Source: Bacteroidia bacterium (GTDB lineage: Bacteria > Bacteroidota > Bacteroidia > UKL13-3). Taken from it: a stretch of 64,000 nucleotides of DNA. Each line of letters opens with the position of its first letter. The stretch's first letter is position 1. The stretch is taken from contig JACMQU010000118.1 in NCBI GenBank assembly GCA_014376805.1, positions 10,212 to 74,211 on the forward strand, written 5' to 3'. The position numbers were made by a program, and so were the translations under genes. Below the pieces are notes generated by a model. The model was not told where the DNA came from, did no database searches, and saw only the letters and a program-made list of their open reading frames with translations. Below are positions 1-10,508 of the stretch, piece by piece.

Positions 1-1266
1 AGTACTGAAGGTTTCACTACGTTTGCTTGGGATGGTTGTATTTGATTCGATAAGTTTGGTCATTACGCCACCCATTGTTTCAATTCCAAGGCTTAAGGGA
101 GTCACATCAAGTAGCAATACATCTTTAACTTCTCCGGTTAAAACTCCACCTTGTATAGCTGCACCAATGGCTACCACTTCATCAGGATTAACACCTTTAG
201 AAGGTGCTTTACCAAAAAATGCTTCAACTGCAGCTTGCACTGCTGGAATGCGGGTTGAACCTCCCACTAAAATTATTTCATTAATATCACTTGTGCTCAG
301 ACCAGCATTTTTTAATGCACTTCTACATGGCTCTATCGTACGTTTGATTAAACTATCAACCAACTGCTCAAATTTTGCACGGGTTAAGGTTTTTACCAAG
401 TGCTTTGGTCCGCTTGCTGTTGCTGTAACATAAGGCAGGTTTATTTCAGTTTGTGTTGAACTCGATAATTCAATCTTAGCTTTTTCAGCAGCTTCTTTTA
501 ACCTTTGCAAAGCCATTGGATCAAGGCGAAGATCAATACCTTCTTCTTTTTTAAAGTCATCTGCCATCCAGCCAATAATTTCATTGTCAAAATCATCACC
601 ACCCAAATGCGTATCTCCATCTGTTGATTTTACTTCAAAAACTCCATCTCCTAATTCCAGAACAGAAACGTCATGCGTACCACCACCACAGTCAAAAACA
701 ACAATTTTCATGTCTTTTCCTTTTTTATCCATGCCATAAGCAAGGGCAGCAGCTGTGGGTTCGTTAATAATTCTTTTTACATTTAAGCCCGCAATTTCAC
801 CTGCTTCTTTGGTAGCCTGACGTTGGGCATCATTAAAATATGCAGGAACAGTAATAACTGCATCTTTAACTTCCATTCCTAAATAATCTTCAGCAGTTTT
901 TTTCATTTTCTGCAATATCATTGCTGATATTTCCTGTGAAGTATATAATCTTCCATCAATGTCAACACGTGGTGTATTGTTATCACCTTTTACTACTTTA
1001 TAAGGCACGCGCTTCGTTTCATCTTTAATTTCGTCGAAGGTATGACCCATAAATCTTTTAATAGAATAGATGGTATTAATAGGGTTTGTAACCGCTTGTC
1101 TTTTGGCGGGATCGCCAATTTTACGCTCACCATCTTTTAAAAATGCAACTATAGAAGGAGTAGTTCTGCGTCCTTCGCTGTTTGCAATAACTACAGGTTC
1201 ATTGCCTTCCATAACGGAAACGCAAGAGTTGGTAGTTCCTAAGTCAATTCCAATAATTTTGCTCAT
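1..1266 (-). CDS. dnaK: Molecular chaperone DnaK (Hsp70), N-terminal ~420 aa; the C-terminus lies beyond the window edge
   Basis: Reverse translation from the ATG at 1266..1264 gives [22 protein letters not shown]... and later [40 protein letters not shown], which are canonical Hsp70 ATPase-domain signatures. The ORF stays open to position 1. The + strand ORFs 23..433 and 1070..1297 are antisense artefacts. Confidence 0.97.
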   Translation of the reverse strand, partial: MSKIIGIDLGTTNSCVSVMEGNEPVVIANSEGRRTTPSIVAFLKDGERKIGDPAKRQAVTNPINTIYSIKRFMGHTFDEIKDETKRVPYKVVKGDNNTPRVDIDGRLYTSQEISAMILQKMKKTAEDYLGMEVKDAVITVPAYFNDAQRQATKEAGEIAGLNVKRIINEPTAAALAYGMDKKGKDMKIVVFDCGGGTHDVSVLELGDGVFEVKSTDGDTHLGGDDFDNEIIGWMADDFKKEEGIDLRLDPMALQRLKEAAEKAKIELSSSTQTEINLPYVTATASGPKHLVKTLTRAKFEQLVDSLIKRTIEPCRSALKNAGLSTSDINEIILVGGSTRIPAVQAAVEAFFGKAPSKGVNPDEVVAIGAAIQGGVLTGEVKDVLLLDVTPLSLGIETMGGVMTKLIESNTTIPSKRSETFST

Positions 1267-1490
1267 AATAATTAATTCTTTCTTTGCCGAATTTTAGCAA
1301 TACCAATGCCAGTCACTAAAACTGTCAGTTTTCAGTAAACAATGGCATAAATAGGGTTAAAGTGGATTCGTGTGTCTGCCCAGTTGGCAGATTTTTATTG
1401 TTAACACGCTGAATAAAATGAGCAGCAAATGCGGTTGGAAGATTTACGCTCCAATTAAAAATTGGGCAGCAAATGATTTACAAAAGTTTG

Positions 1491-2450
1491 TCAGGGGTGA
1501 AAGTTAGGTAGGTTACTTTCTATCAAAAGTAAATTTGTAGGATCCGTTTCCATTTTTAATTCTACAAAATTACGACTACTGAAAATACCAATGGCATTTG
1601 ATACATTGCTATATTCAGGATTCTTTTGTACCACACTTAAATTGGGTTTGCTAAGATCGAGTAAACTTGCAAATTCTGCAGAACCTCCATAAGCCTGATA
1701 AATAATTGCTAAACTTCTTCTCACTTTAGTATTATCTTCAACTATTTTACCCCTTAAATAATTCATGTATTCACGACTTACTATAGTGCTTTTTTCTAAA
1801 CTTCCGGATATTGCAGCACTTTTAGCCACAAAATAGTCTACATTTTTTATTTCGAAATTATTGGTATCGCTTTTTATCATTTCTTTATATTGAAAACGAA
1901 CGATCAGATCGTAAAGTGCAGCATTGCGGCCCGGGGTGAAACGAAAAGCAAAAGTATGATTGGGTGTTACTAAATTAATGACAATTTTACGGTTATCAAT
2001 AGCGGCATCTTTAACCAGAGAAGTTTTTGAAATAAAAGTTTTGTTATCTTTTGGATTGGTAATGTGCAACTGATATACTTCATCTGCATTATTATTTTGA
2101 GGTATTTTTGTTGCGTATAATGTGTTTTTAGCGGAGGAGAAAAAGCCTTTGTCCTTGGGTATTGAATCTACTCTATAGCAATAAAAGGTATCTCTTGAAA
2201 CTATATTAATAAGTTTAACCACAAGTGTATCGAAATAAAGCGAATCCGCTATCTGTGCGCCTTCTGTTGTGTTTGTAGTTGCATTATTCTGATACAGTTT
2301 TTCGATTCTGATAAATTGAACAGGTTCATTCTGATCAAGAAAGCTGTAAATAATGGCAATGTCCTTATAAGGGGCATTAATCACCAGGTCGTTTTTGCAA
2401 CCAAAAAGGGTAATTGTGAATGAAATAAATAAAATTATTTTTACTTTCAT
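1491..2450 (-). CDS. Hypothetical lipoprotein (319 aa)
   Basis: Long ORF whose N-terminus MKVKIILFISFTITLFGC carries a signal peptide plus lipobox Cys. I cannot place it in a family with confidence. Confidence 0.6.
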   Translation of the reverse strand: MKVKIILFISFTITLFGCKNDLVINAPYKDIAIIYSFLDQNEPVQFIRIEKLYQNNATTNTTEGAQIADSLYFDTLVVKLINIVSRDTFYCYRVDSIPKDKGFFSSAKNTLYATKIPQNNNADEVYQLHITNPKDNKTFISKTSLVKDAAIDNRKIVINLVTPNHTFAFRFTPGRNAALYDLIVRFQYKEMIKSDTNNFEIKNVDYFVAKSAAISGSLEKSTIVSREYMNYLRGKIVEDNTKVRRSLAIIYQAYGGSAEFASLLDLSKPNLSVVQKNPEYSNVSNAIGIFSSRNFVELKMETDPTNLLLIESNLPNFHP

Positions 2451-2552
2451 GGATATGCGAATTAACTCTTTTTAAACGGGCTTTCAAAAATAAGTAGTCA
2501 ATGGAAACTGAATGTAGGATTTATCTTTACCTTTGAAACTTAAACTTTTTGC

Positions 2553-3368
2553 ATGAGTACCTACAAAGAAGTAAAAAAGGTAACTACCCATACACTGATA
2601 GAAATGAAAATGAGGGGAGAGAAAATCAGTATGCTAACAGCGTATGATTACAGTATGGCAAAAATTTTTGATGCGGCAAAAATTGATGTCCTCCTGGTAG
2701 GCGATTCTGCATCAAATGTAATGCATGGCCATGAAACAACGCTGCCTATAACCCTGGATCAGATGATATCTCATGCCTCTTCGGTAATTAAAGCAATTTC
2801 GCGGGCATTGGTGGTTGTTGATTTGCCTTTCGGTTCATACCAGGGTAATTCAAAAGAAGCACTTGTATCTTCTATTCGTATTATGAAGGAGGCGGAGGCG
2901 CATGCAGTTAAGCTGGAAGGTGGCGAAGAAGTGGTAGATTCTGTAAAGAGGATTCTTACTGCGGGTATTCCTGTAATGGGGCATTTAGGCTTAACACCAC
3001 AAAGCATCTACAAATTTGGAACTTATGAGGTAAGGGCTAAAGAAGGCGCTGAAGCTGCAAAATTATTATATGATGCACGCCTGCTTGAAGAAGCAGGTTG
3101 TTTTGCCATTGTGCTTGAAAAAATTCCTTCCAGTTTAGCAAGTGAAGTGGCCCGGATGGTTAAAATACCAATTATTGGCATTGGTGCTGGTCCTGATGTA
3201 GATGGGCAGGTTTTAGTGAGCCACGATATGCTTGGGATCAACAAAGATTTTTCACCCAAATTTCTTCGCCGTTATTTGAATTTATACGATGAAATAAAAC
3301 AAGCTGTTGAACGCTATGTTGCGGATGTGAAATCTGTTGATTTCCCAAATAAAAAGGAACAATATTAG
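2553..3368 (+). CDS. panB: 3-methyl-2-oxobutanoate hydroxymethyltransferase (ketopantoate hydroxymethyltransferase)
   Basis: 271 aa. The stretch [45 protein letters not shown] and the downstream GADAVKLEGG-like block ([11 protein letters not shown]) are typical PanB. Confidence 0.93.
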   Translation: MSTYKEVKKVTTHTLIEMKMRGEKISMLTAYDYSMAKIFDAAKIDVLLVGDSASNVMHGHETTLPITLDQMISHASSVIKAISRALVVVDLPFGSYQGNSKEALVSSIRIMKEAEAHAVKLEGGEEVVDSVKRILTAGIPVMGHLGLTPQSIYKFGTYEVRAKEGAEAAKLLYDARLLEEAGCFAIVLEKIPSSLASEVARMVKIPIIGIGAGPDVDGQVLVSHDMLGINKDFSPKFLRRYLNLYDEIKQAVERYVADVKSVDFPNKKEQY

Positions 3369-3463
3369 CCTTAACTGCCCCAAAAAAAATCCTTATTAAT
3401 GCATTTCCTTAATAGTTAATCAGGTAATAATTTACAAAGTATTTAATAACGGATTATATAAAA

Positions 3464-4129
3464 TTGAACCATCATTCGCCACTTATAATTTTTGAAGATA
3501 ATCATTTAATTGCCGCTTATAAACGCTCCGGCCAAACGGTGCAACCAGAACCAAACAAACCAGAGAGCCTGGAAGAAGAAGTTAAAAGATATATTAAGGA
3601 GAAATATAAAAAGGAGGGTGCTGTTTTTTTGGGCGTTATTCACCGCATAGATATGCCGGTAAGCGGTATTGTTTTGTTTGCCCGAACCAGTAAAGCCCTT
3701 ACCCGCATGAATGAAATATTTCATGACAGGTTGGTTCAGAAAGTATACTTGGTAAAAGTTGAAGGAAAGCCAAAAGCAACTAAAGAATTACTTACGAATT
3801 GGCTGCGAAGTGATGAAAATAAAAACTTTACCAAAGCATTTACCGATGAAGTTAAAAATGCACTAATAGCTAAGCTTACTTACGAATTTATTGATTATAA
3901 AGCTGGAGTTTCCTTACTGAGAGTTTTTTTGCACACTGGCCGCAAACACCAGATAAGAGCACAACTTTCGGCCATGGGTTGCCCGGTGTTGGGCGATGTA
4001 AAATATGGAGCTACCAAAGCATTGGCAGATCATTCTATTGCATTGCAGGCTTATAGCTTAAGCTTTGAACACCCTGTACAACATACATTGTTGGAAATAA
4101 AATTAACCGATAATACACTTAAATTATGA
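3464..4129 (+). CDS. RluA-family pseudouridine synthase
   Basis: 221 aa with a TTG start. The catalytic-Asp motif HRIDMPVSGIVLFA and the GRKHQIRAQL motif are present. Confidence 0.85.
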   Translation: MNHHSPLIIFEDNHLIAAYKRSGQTVQPEPNKPESLEEEVKRYIKEKYKKEGAVFLGVIHRIDMPVSGIVLFARTSKALTRMNEIFHDRLVQKVYLVKVEGKPKATKELLTNWLRSDENKNFTKAFTDEVKNALIAKLTYEFIDYKAGVSLLRVFLHTGRKHQIRAQLSAMGCPVLGDVKYGATKALADHSIALQAYSLSFEHPVQHTLLEIKLTDNTLKL

Positions 4130-4236
4130 TATGAATTAACAGTATAGAATAATAAAGTATTATGTGATTAAAACAGGATACATGAACCTTAAAATTATGT
4201 AAATGTTTTTGTGAGCTCCATTTTTTTTTTTAGTTG

Positions 4237-4244
4237 TATATTTG
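4237..4244 (+). promoter_or_regulatory. Candidate Bacteroidota sigma-A -7 box (TATATTTG)
   Basis: Exact match to the TAnnTTTG consensus, 18 nt upstream of the ATG at 4263. Confidence 0.45.
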
Positions 4245-4262
4245 TTCATTAACTTTTAAACT

Positions 4263-5117
4263 ATGCCTAAAATAATAAGTATAAAATCATTAAGCACCTG
4301 TATAATTATTGTAACCTTATTGTTGCCCGGGGCTTGTAAGAAAAAAACTACTGATAAATGCGGCGGCACATCTGGCGGCCCCGGTGGGCTGGTAAGTTTG
4401 CTGGTATCAACCACGCAGGATAAGCAAATGGGTTTGGCAGCAGTTAACCAGATTGAGGCAGACCCGCAGCATTACAAGCTGCTTGATTCGGCAACACATG
4501 TGAAAGCGTATGGTCACCTTTACAGGATAGGACGTAATATTTTAAATTCGGGCAATGTGTTTTATAAAGATGAGTTCGCATGGCGCTTAAGAATTATTCA
4601 TGACGATAGTACTTTAAATGCTTTTTGTACACCCGGTGGTTATATTTATGTGTATACAGGTTTAATTAAATACCTAGATAATGAAACCCAGCTTGCAGGG
4701 GTAATGGGACACGAAATGGCCCATGCCGACAGGCGACATAGCGCAAGCCAAATGGTTAAACAATATGGCATAAGTGCTTTGTTAAGTGTATTGTCTGATA
4801 GTGCCGGCCCGGGTGCTTTAACTAATTTAGGTGTTAACCTGCTTTTCTTAAAATACAGCAGAGAAAATGAAACCGAAGCCGATAATTATTCAGTACGCTA
4901 TTTATCCGGAACAGATTATGATGGCCGTGGTGCAAAATACTTTTTTGAAAAGCTAATTGCAAAAGGTCAGCAAGGTTCAACTCCTGCATTCTTAAGTACA
5001 CATCCAAGTCCGGATGACAGGGTTGCGAATATACAAAAGCTCTGGGAGTGCCTGGGATCAAAACCAGGGCAAACTTTTGAATCTCAATATGCAGATTTTA
5101 AGAATAGTTTGCCATAA
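4263..5117 (+). CDS. M48-family zinc metallopeptidase, lipoprotein
   Basis: 284 aa with a signal/lipobox region (LLLPGAC). It has the HEMAH zinc motif in GVMGHEMAHADRRH and a downstream ENETEAD glutamate block. Confidence 0.85.
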   Translation: MPKIISIKSLSTCIIIVTLLLPGACKKKTTDKCGGTSGGPGGLVSLLVSTTQDKQMGLAAVNQIEADPQHYKLLDSATHVKAYGHLYRIGRNILNSGNVFYKDEFAWRLRIIHDDSTLNAFCTPGGYIYVYTGLIKYLDNETQLAGVMGHEMAHADRRHSASQMVKQYGISALLSVLSDSAGPGALTNLGVNLLFLKYSRENETEADNYSVRYLSGTDYDGRGAKYFFEKLIAKGQQGSTPAFLSTHPSPDDRVANIQKLWECLGSKPGQTFESQYADFKNSLP

Positions 5118-5375
5118 AGGATAACCAGATATTTTCTTTTTTATTTTGTAAAGATTCTAACTTAATTTCATAATTAAAATGCTGTTTGATCCGAAAAAGA
5201 AGTGCTTTAATTTTTTCAAATTTTACATACGTTGATAAAGTTATTTAAGCATTGATTAAAACATTTTAAAGTTATTACACTGTAGCTTTTTTTAATGCTT
5301 ACCTGGTTGATAATGTGAAATTTTTAACTATTTAGAAGCTGCGTGCATTCTGTTTTTTTCTTCCCTGCTGTTAAC

Positions 5376-5383
5376 TATATTTG
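5376..5383 (+). promoter_or_regulatory. Candidate -7 box (TATATTTG) for pruA
   Basis: Exact TAnnTTTG match, 36 nt upstream of the ATG at 5420. Confidence 0.45.
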
Positions 5384-5419
5384 CAGCCTTATTTTATACT
5401 GATTAATTAATTTTATACT

Positions 5420-7048
5420 ATGAACGGATTTTTTAAAGTTCCTGTACCAATAAATGAACCGGTTCTTAACTATGCACCCGGAAGTAAAGAACGTAAAGAT
5501 TTAAAAGATGCCCTTGAGGATGCAAGAAACAAACTTGCAGATATACCTATGTATATTGGTGGTAAGGAAGTAAGAAGTGGTAATACAGCAGAGATTCGCC
5601 CACCGCATGATCACCATCATTTATTGGGAACTTATCATTTAAGTGATGCGTCGCATGTGTCGGCAGCAATTGATGCAGCGCTTGCCGCCAAGCCAAAATG
5701 GGAGGCATTAAGCTGGGAGCAACGTGCCGCTATTTTTTTAAAGGCAGCCGATCTGATCGCCGGGCCATACAGAGCAAAATTAAATGCTGCAACTATGTTG
5801 GGTCAAAGTAAAAATGCTTATCAGGCAGAGATTGATAGTGCCTGTGAATTTATAGACTTTCTGCGTTTTAATGTTCATTTTATGAGTCAGATTTATTCAG
5901 ATCAACCTCAATCTGCAAAGGGCATTTGGAACCGCATAGAATACCGCCCTCTTGAAGGTTTTATTTACGCATTAACACCTTTTAACTTTACCGCTATTGC
6001 GGGTAATTTGCCATCGTCTGCAGCCATGATGGGCAATGTGGTAGTTTGGAAACCGAGCAATACACAAGTGTTTTCTGCCAATGTTTTAATGGAAGTTTTT
6101 ATTCTGGCAGGAGTACCTGCAGGTGTTATCAATTTAATTTATCCGGGTGGGCCTGTTGCTGCTGAAGTAGTTTTTAACCATGCTGATTTTGCAGGCATTC
6201 ACTTCACCGGATCTACCGGCGTATTTCAGGATATATGGAAAACGATTGGTAACAATATTCACAAGTATAAAACCTATCCACGGATAGTTGGTGAAACAGG
6301 TGGTAAAGATTTTATTATAGCCCATTCATCTGCTGATGTGGATACAGTTGTTACCGCGCTTGTTCGTGGTTCTTTTGAATACCAGGGGCAAAAATGTTCG
6401 GCTGCTTCACGCGCTTACATACCCGATAATATTTGGGATGAAGTGAAAGCCAAAATGGTAAAACAAATCAATGGTTTTAAGGTTGGCCCTGTAGAAGATT
6501 TTCGGAATTTTGTGAACGCGGTAATTGATGAACGCTCATTTGACAAAATAGCTAAATACATTGATGCAGCAAAAGCAGATCCTGCATGCGAAATAATATG
6601 CGGAGGAACGTACGATAAATCTAAAGGTTGGTTTATTAACCCAACCGTTATTGTTACCACCGATCCTAAATATAAAACCATGTGTGAAGAAATTTTTGGT
6701 CCGGTACTTACTTTATATGTTTACAAAGCTGATGATTTTGAAGCAACATTAGACCTGGTTGATTCAACATCGGAATATGCGTTAACAGGTGCAATTTTGG
6801 CTCAAGACAGGTATGTAATTGAACAGGCAACCTGGAAACTGCGCAATGCGGCCGGCAATTTTTATATCAACGATAAACCAACAGGCGCGGTGGTTGGCCA
6901 GCAGCCGTTTGGCGGTGCAAGGGCCAGTGGTACCAACGATAAAGCAGGGGCAATGTTAAACCTGATGCGATGGGTAAGTTTGCGTACTATTAAAGAAACT
7001 TTTGTACCGCCAACAAGGTATGAATATGATTTTATGAAAGAGGCTTAA
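5420..7048 (+). CDS. pruA: L-glutamate gamma-semialdehyde (1-pyrroline-5-carboxylate) dehydrogenase
   Basis: 542 aa in the aldehyde dehydrogenase superfamily (VGETGGKDF, EYQGQKCSAASR catalytic Cys block, EEIFGPV). The length and the N-terminus MNGFFKVPVPINEPVLNYAPGS fit the PruA/RocA type. Confidence 0.9.
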   Translation: MNGFFKVPVPINEPVLNYAPGSKERKDLKDALEDARNKLADIPMYIGGKEVRSGNTAEIRPPHDHHHLLGTYHLSDASHVSAAIDAALAAKPKWEALSWEQRAAIFLKAADLIAGPYRAKLNAATMLGQSKNAYQAEIDSACEFIDFLRFNVHFMSQIYSDQPQSAKGIWNRIEYRPLEGFIYALTPFNFTAIAGNLPSSAAMMGNVVVWKPSNTQVFSANVLMEVFILAGVPAGVINLIYPGGPVAAEVVFNHADFAGIHFTGSTGVFQDIWKTIGNNIHKYKTYPRIVGETGGKDFIIAHSSADVDTVVTALVRGSFEYQGQKCSAASRAYIPDNIWDEVKAKMVKQINGFKVGPVEDFRNFVNAVIDERSFDKIAKYIDAAKADPACEIICGGTYDKSKGWFINPTVIVTTDPKYKTMCEEIFGPVLTLYVYKADDFEATLDLVDSTSEYALTGAILAQDRYVIEQATWKLRNAAGNFYINDKPTGAVVGQQPFGGARASGTNDKAGAMLNLMRWVSLRTIKETFVPPTRYEYDFMKEA

Positions 7049-7073
7049 TTGTTGTTGATAGTGAAATTTTAAA

Positions 7074-7108
7074 AGACTTGTTGAGTAAAATCGGCAGGTC
7101 TTTTTTTT
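7074..7108 (+). terminator. Rho-independent terminator after pruA
   Basis: AGACTTG (7074..7080) pairs with CAGGTCT (7095..7101) with one G-U wobble, and a T8 run follows. Confidence 0.6.
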
Positions 7109-7126
7109 ATGTGATTAATCTTAATG

Positions 7127-7468
7127 TCACGCCAATTTTGGTTTTACTTTTTTGCCCGCCTTTTTAATGGAGTTGAGCTTTGGGCCATTCAATTTAAGCG
7201 TTGATATTTTAGCTTTTGAAGATTCTTTTTTTAACACTTCTGAAGGAATGTTTTTAGGTGTAGCTTTTTTAACTTTGGTTTGATTTGAGACACGCATGTG
7301 ATGCATTTTGAAATAGGCATCTTTGCTTACAAAGGTTAATTGAGGAAAATTGTTTAAGGCTAATGATAAATCAACCAGGGTTTCAAATTTGTAATTGAAT
7401 TCGCCACTCAAAACACGTCAAATATAGCCCTTGGTAAAGTTGAGTTTTTGAGCCAATTCTGTTGATGT
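7127..7468 (-). pseudogene. Degraded XRE-family helix-turn-helix gene
   Basis: The minus frame reads ..TSTELAQKLNFTKGYI*RVLSGEFNYKFETLVDLSLALN.., an HTH_3-like motif. An in-frame TGA at 7420..7418 interrupts it, and another stop at 7471..7469 cuts off the N-terminus. The 94-aa ORF in the track is only the part downstream of the stop. Confidence 0.55.
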
Positions 7469-7646
7469 TCAGACCGGGGATGATATAACATATTTGATTA
7501 TTGATGATACAGGTATAAAAAAGACTGGAACATCAATTGCGTTTATGATAAATCAATCAACAAGTGTTTTAAATTTGTAATTTTAGTTCCACGCGTAGTT
7601 TGCCCAGGGTATGCACATTCATAGCTTCATGAACGATTTTAATGAA

Positions 7647-7868
7647 TTATGTGTTCGTAACATGCCCTTGTTCACGAACATAATTTTCCACTAAGGAAGA
7701 AAGTGAATTATAATACGCTCTTAAATTGTTGATATTCGTTTCGGGGCTTTCTATAGCGGAAATTTTAACGGGCATTTCTGCAATGTATTTGGATAATTCG
7801 GGATAGTTTTCCTGAATAGTCATTGTGACTTTTAGAATTTTAGAATTAAGCTCCTGTTCTGTTTCCAT
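7647..7868 (-). CDS. Small hypothetical protein (73 aa), last gene of the cupin/reductase operon
   Basis: Taking the ATG at 7868 (METEQELNSK...) places the start 5 nt after the stop of the upstream gene. The longer 105-aa version in the track overlaps that gene. Confidence 0.5.
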   Translation of the reverse strand: METEQELNSKILKVTMTIQENYPELSKYIAEMPVKISAIESPETNINNLRAYYNSLSSLVENYVREQGHVTNT

Positions 7869-7873
7869 AAGTT

Positions 7874-8545
7874 TTAAAATGCTTCTTTTACAATTGATTT
7901 TTTGTTTACCTGTAAATTGATAAGTTGCTTTTCTATTGCTTCCATCATTGGTGGTGGTCCGCATACATAGAATACTTTGGTTAAGTCGGTGATATGTTTT
8001 TTCAAAAATTCTTCGGTGATTTGTCCGTTTGCATATCCATCTATTTTTTCATCCGATAAAATATTAATAAAATTATTAGCTAATAATTTCTTAAACTCCT
8101 GTTCAAGTATGATGTCGGCTTTGGTTTTGTTGGCAAAAATGAGTTTGTTGTTCCCAATTTCTTTTTTTGATTGAAGATAACGGAAGATTGAAATGAAGGG
8201 CGTAACGCCCGCACCACCTGCAATAAATACACCTTCACCTTTATATGCGATTGCACCAAACACATCATGCAAAATCAATTCGTCATTTATTTTGAGATGC
8301 AAAAATTCATTAGTAACTCCTTTGTGATCAGGATATGTTTTGATGGTAAATTGGAGGTAATCATTTTCAGGTATGCAGGTAAAAGTGAAAGGTCTTTTTT
8401 CATTTTGCCAACCTTCTTTGTTTATTGAAACTTCGGTTGCTTGTCCGGGAGTGAAATTAAACTGTGTAGGTTTTTCAGTAACTATTTGCAACACATCATT
8501 TGTGATTTTGTCAATTGATTTTATTTTTACTGGATGTTGTTGCAT
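7874..8545 (-). CDS. Ferredoxin/flavodoxin-NADP reductase-like FAD/NAD(P)-binding oxidoreductase
   Basis: 223 aa with RPFTFTC (FAD-binding RxYS-like), GGAGVTPFISIF (NAD(P) binding) and a C-terminal VCGPPPMMEA block. Confidence 0.8.
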   Translation of the reverse strand: MQQHPVKIKSIDKITNDVLQIVTEKPTQFNFTPGQATEVSINKEGWQNEKRPFTFTCIPENDYLQFTIKTYPDHKGVTNEFLHLKINDELILHDVFGAIAYKGEGVFIAGGAGVTPFISIFRYLQSKKEIGNNKLIFANKTKADIILEQEFKKLLANNFINILSDEKIDGYANGQITEEFLKKHITDLTKVFYVCGPPPMMEAIEKQLINLQVNKKSIVKEAF

Positions 8546-8562
8546 TTGATTTTATGATTGAA

Positions 8563-8967
8563 TTATTTTTCTTGTAATGAAGTTGTGAGTGTTAACAGGA
8601 AAATTGTTTCCTCCTTAGCCACTACGCTGTGTGCAATTCCTTTATGCAATGCCAGCATTTGTCCTTTGCCCAAATTAACAGATTGCTCATTAGTATTAAA
8701 TAGCATTTGCCCTTCCAACACTTGCACACTTATTAAACCATCTGCTGTATGTTTAATCATTTCAGCACCTTTATGCAATGCGATAAGAACAATACGCATT
8801 CCGTTTGTTTTGAAAACAGTTATTGCATTGCGATCGCTATCTTTCCAAGCTTGCTCATTTCTTATTTGTTCGATAAAATAAAGCAGGTTGATTGCAACTA
8901 ATGGTGCATCTATTGTGCGATCTCCTTGTGGACGTTGTGTTGTAGCTTCATTAAATTTTTCTTCCAT
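8563..8967 (-). CDS. Cupin-domain protein
   Basis: 134 aa. The layout resembles small cupins (..MRIVLIALHKGAEMIKHTADGLISVQVLEGQM.. ..LALHKGIAHSV..). Confidence 0.7.
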   Translation of the reverse strand: MEEKFNEATTQRPQGDRTIDAPLVAINLLYFIEQIRNEQAWKDSDRNAITVFKTNGMRIVLIALHKGAEMIKHTADGLISVQVLEGQMLFNTNEQSVNLGKGQMLALHKGIAHSVVAKEETIFLLTLTTSLQEK

Positions 8968-8980
8968 TTTAGTATGTTGC

Positions 8981-9048
<68 letters not shown>

Positions 9049-9049
9049 T

Positions 9050-9169
9050 TTAAATTTTTCTGGAAATTATTTTATAATTCCACTTGCAAGGCCTGTTGCT
9101 TTTTGTAAAGCTCGACATAGTTAGAACTGAAAGTCCTACAATTGCCATTACGCTTAATATTTTTTTCAT
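9050..9169 (-). CDS. Possible 39-aa signal-peptide-like micro-ORF
   Basis: A hand translation gives MKKILSVMAIVGLSVLTMSSFTKSNRPCKWNYKIISRKI*. The N-terminus is hydrophobic, and the stop codon abuts the tetranucleotide array. It is below the ORF-track length cutoff and has no homology support. Confidence 0.25.
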   Translation of the reverse strand: MKKILSVMAIVGLSVLTMSSFTKSNRPCKWNYKIISRKI

Positions 9170-9437
9170 TTAAGTAGTTGATGACATGAATTTGCACATT
9201 AATACAAATATGAATTTTGTTTTGCTAAGATGTGTTACACAATTTATTAAATAAGTTACATGAGTCGCACATATTGTTATTATAAGTCGCGTATAATCTG
9301 GTTTATTATTGCAATATAAATTTACCTGGTATTTTATAACAACTGGTAAGCTCATTTATATATAAGCATTATGATAAAATTATATCAGAAAACTCTTTAA
9401 TGTGAATGTTGTCATTCCGCATTAAATGTAAATCTCA

Positions 9438-10508
9438 TTGTGTATATTCGCAGCCTTGAGTACAGATGAAATCTATATGCAACGCTGCCTTGAGCTTGCC
9501 CGTTTAGGTGCAGGCAATGTTGCCCCAAACCCGATGGTAGGTTGTGTTATTGTACACAACAACATCATCATTGCTGAAGGCTGGCACAAACAATTTGGTG
9601 GTGCCCATGCAGAGGTAAATGCGCTTGCCCTGGTTGAGGATGAAAGCCTGCTTAATAGTGCTACCTTATATGTTAATCTGGAGCCATGCAGTCACTTTGG
9701 TAAAACGCCTCCCTGCGCAAATTTACTGGTTCAAAAAAACATTAGAAGGGTAGTGGTAAGTATGCTTGATCCGAATCCGCTGGTTGCAGGAAAAGGCATT
9801 GCAATATTGCAGGATGCCGGAATGGAAGTGAAGGTAGGTGTGCTTGAAGATGAATGCCATCAACTCAATAAAAGATACCTTACATTTATTGAAAAAAAAC
9901 GTCCGTACATAATTTTAAAATGGGCGCAAACACACAATGGTTTTATAGCACCCGATGCATCAAAAATGAGTGCCGGACAATTTGAAAAGGACAGGCATAT
10001 TACAGGAAAAATAATACAGAAGCTCGTGCATAAATGGCGTACGCAGGAAGGTGCCATTATGGTTGGAACAAATACAGCCTTGCTTGATAACCCTGCATTG
10101 AATGCCCGCGAATGGAATGGTAAACAGCCATTGCGCGTGGTGCTCGATCAACACCTGCGCCTGCCAAAGCACTTAAAAATTTATGATCATAGCCAGGCAA
10201 CCTGGATTGTGAATGGATCAAAAGAAAGCATTGATGGAGATTTAAATTATGTGCAAATTATTTTCAGCGAAGATTGGTTCAGCCAATTGTTACAACGTTT
10301 ATATAAAGCAGGTATTCAAAGCATGATCGTGGAAGGCGGGCTGCAATTGCTCAATCATATAATTGAACACAAAGCATGGGATGAAGCCATTGTTTTTTAC
10401 TCGCCCTCCCAAATTGAAAATGGGATACCGGCGCCTTTAATAGGTGGTAAAATTATACAACAGCTAAGCATTGATGGGGTAAACATGATACAATATAAAA
10501 AAATATGA
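9438..10508 (+). CDS. ribD: Bifunctional riboflavin biosynthesis protein RibD (deaminase/reductase)
   Basis: Deaminase zinc motifs HAEVNAL and PCSHFGKTPPCA, followed by a RibD_C reductase domain. The start is uncertain: TTG 9438, in-frame TTG 9456 or ATG 9477. Confidence 0.9.
   Translation: MCIFAALSTDEIYMQRCLELARLGAGNVAPNPMVGCVIVHNNIIIAEGWHKQFGGAHAEVNALALVEDESLLNSATLYVNLEPCSHFGKTPPCANLLVQKNIRRVVVSMLDPNPLVAGKGIAILQDAGMEVKVGVLEDECHQLNKRYLTFIEKKRPYIILKWAQTHNGFIAPDASKMSAGQFEKDRHITGKIIQKLVHKWRTQEGAIMVGTNTALLDNPALNAREWNGKQPLRVVLDQHLRLPKHLKIYDHSQATWIVNGSKESIDGDLNYVQIIFSEDWFSQLLQRLYKAGIQSMIVEGGLQLLNHIIEHKAWDEAIVFYSPSQIENGIPAPLIGGKIIQQLSIDGVNMIQYKKI

Noticed and set aside
1377-1400. The hairpin TCTGCC-CAGT-TGGCAGA plus a T-run on the + strand between dnaK and the lipoprotein gene could suggest an sRNA terminator.
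   Set aside because: Both neighbouring genes are on the minus strand, and I see no + strand promoter box upstream. On the minus strand the hairpin lacks a U-tract. The evidence is insufficient to call a feature.
7480-7560. I considered calling the ..LIIDDTGIKKTG.. reading a DDE transposase pseudogene feature.
   Set aside because: Only about 25 codons are readable, and part of the stretch overlaps the duplicated HTH fragment on the other strand. That is too little evidence for a feature call, so it is mentioned only within a low-interest finding.
9170-9437. I looked for an FMN riboswitch upstream of ribD.
   Set aside because: None of the conserved FMN-element blocks I remember is present. 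The 61-aa ORF here (9170..9355) has no coding character. The region looks like plain AT-rich promoter DNA.
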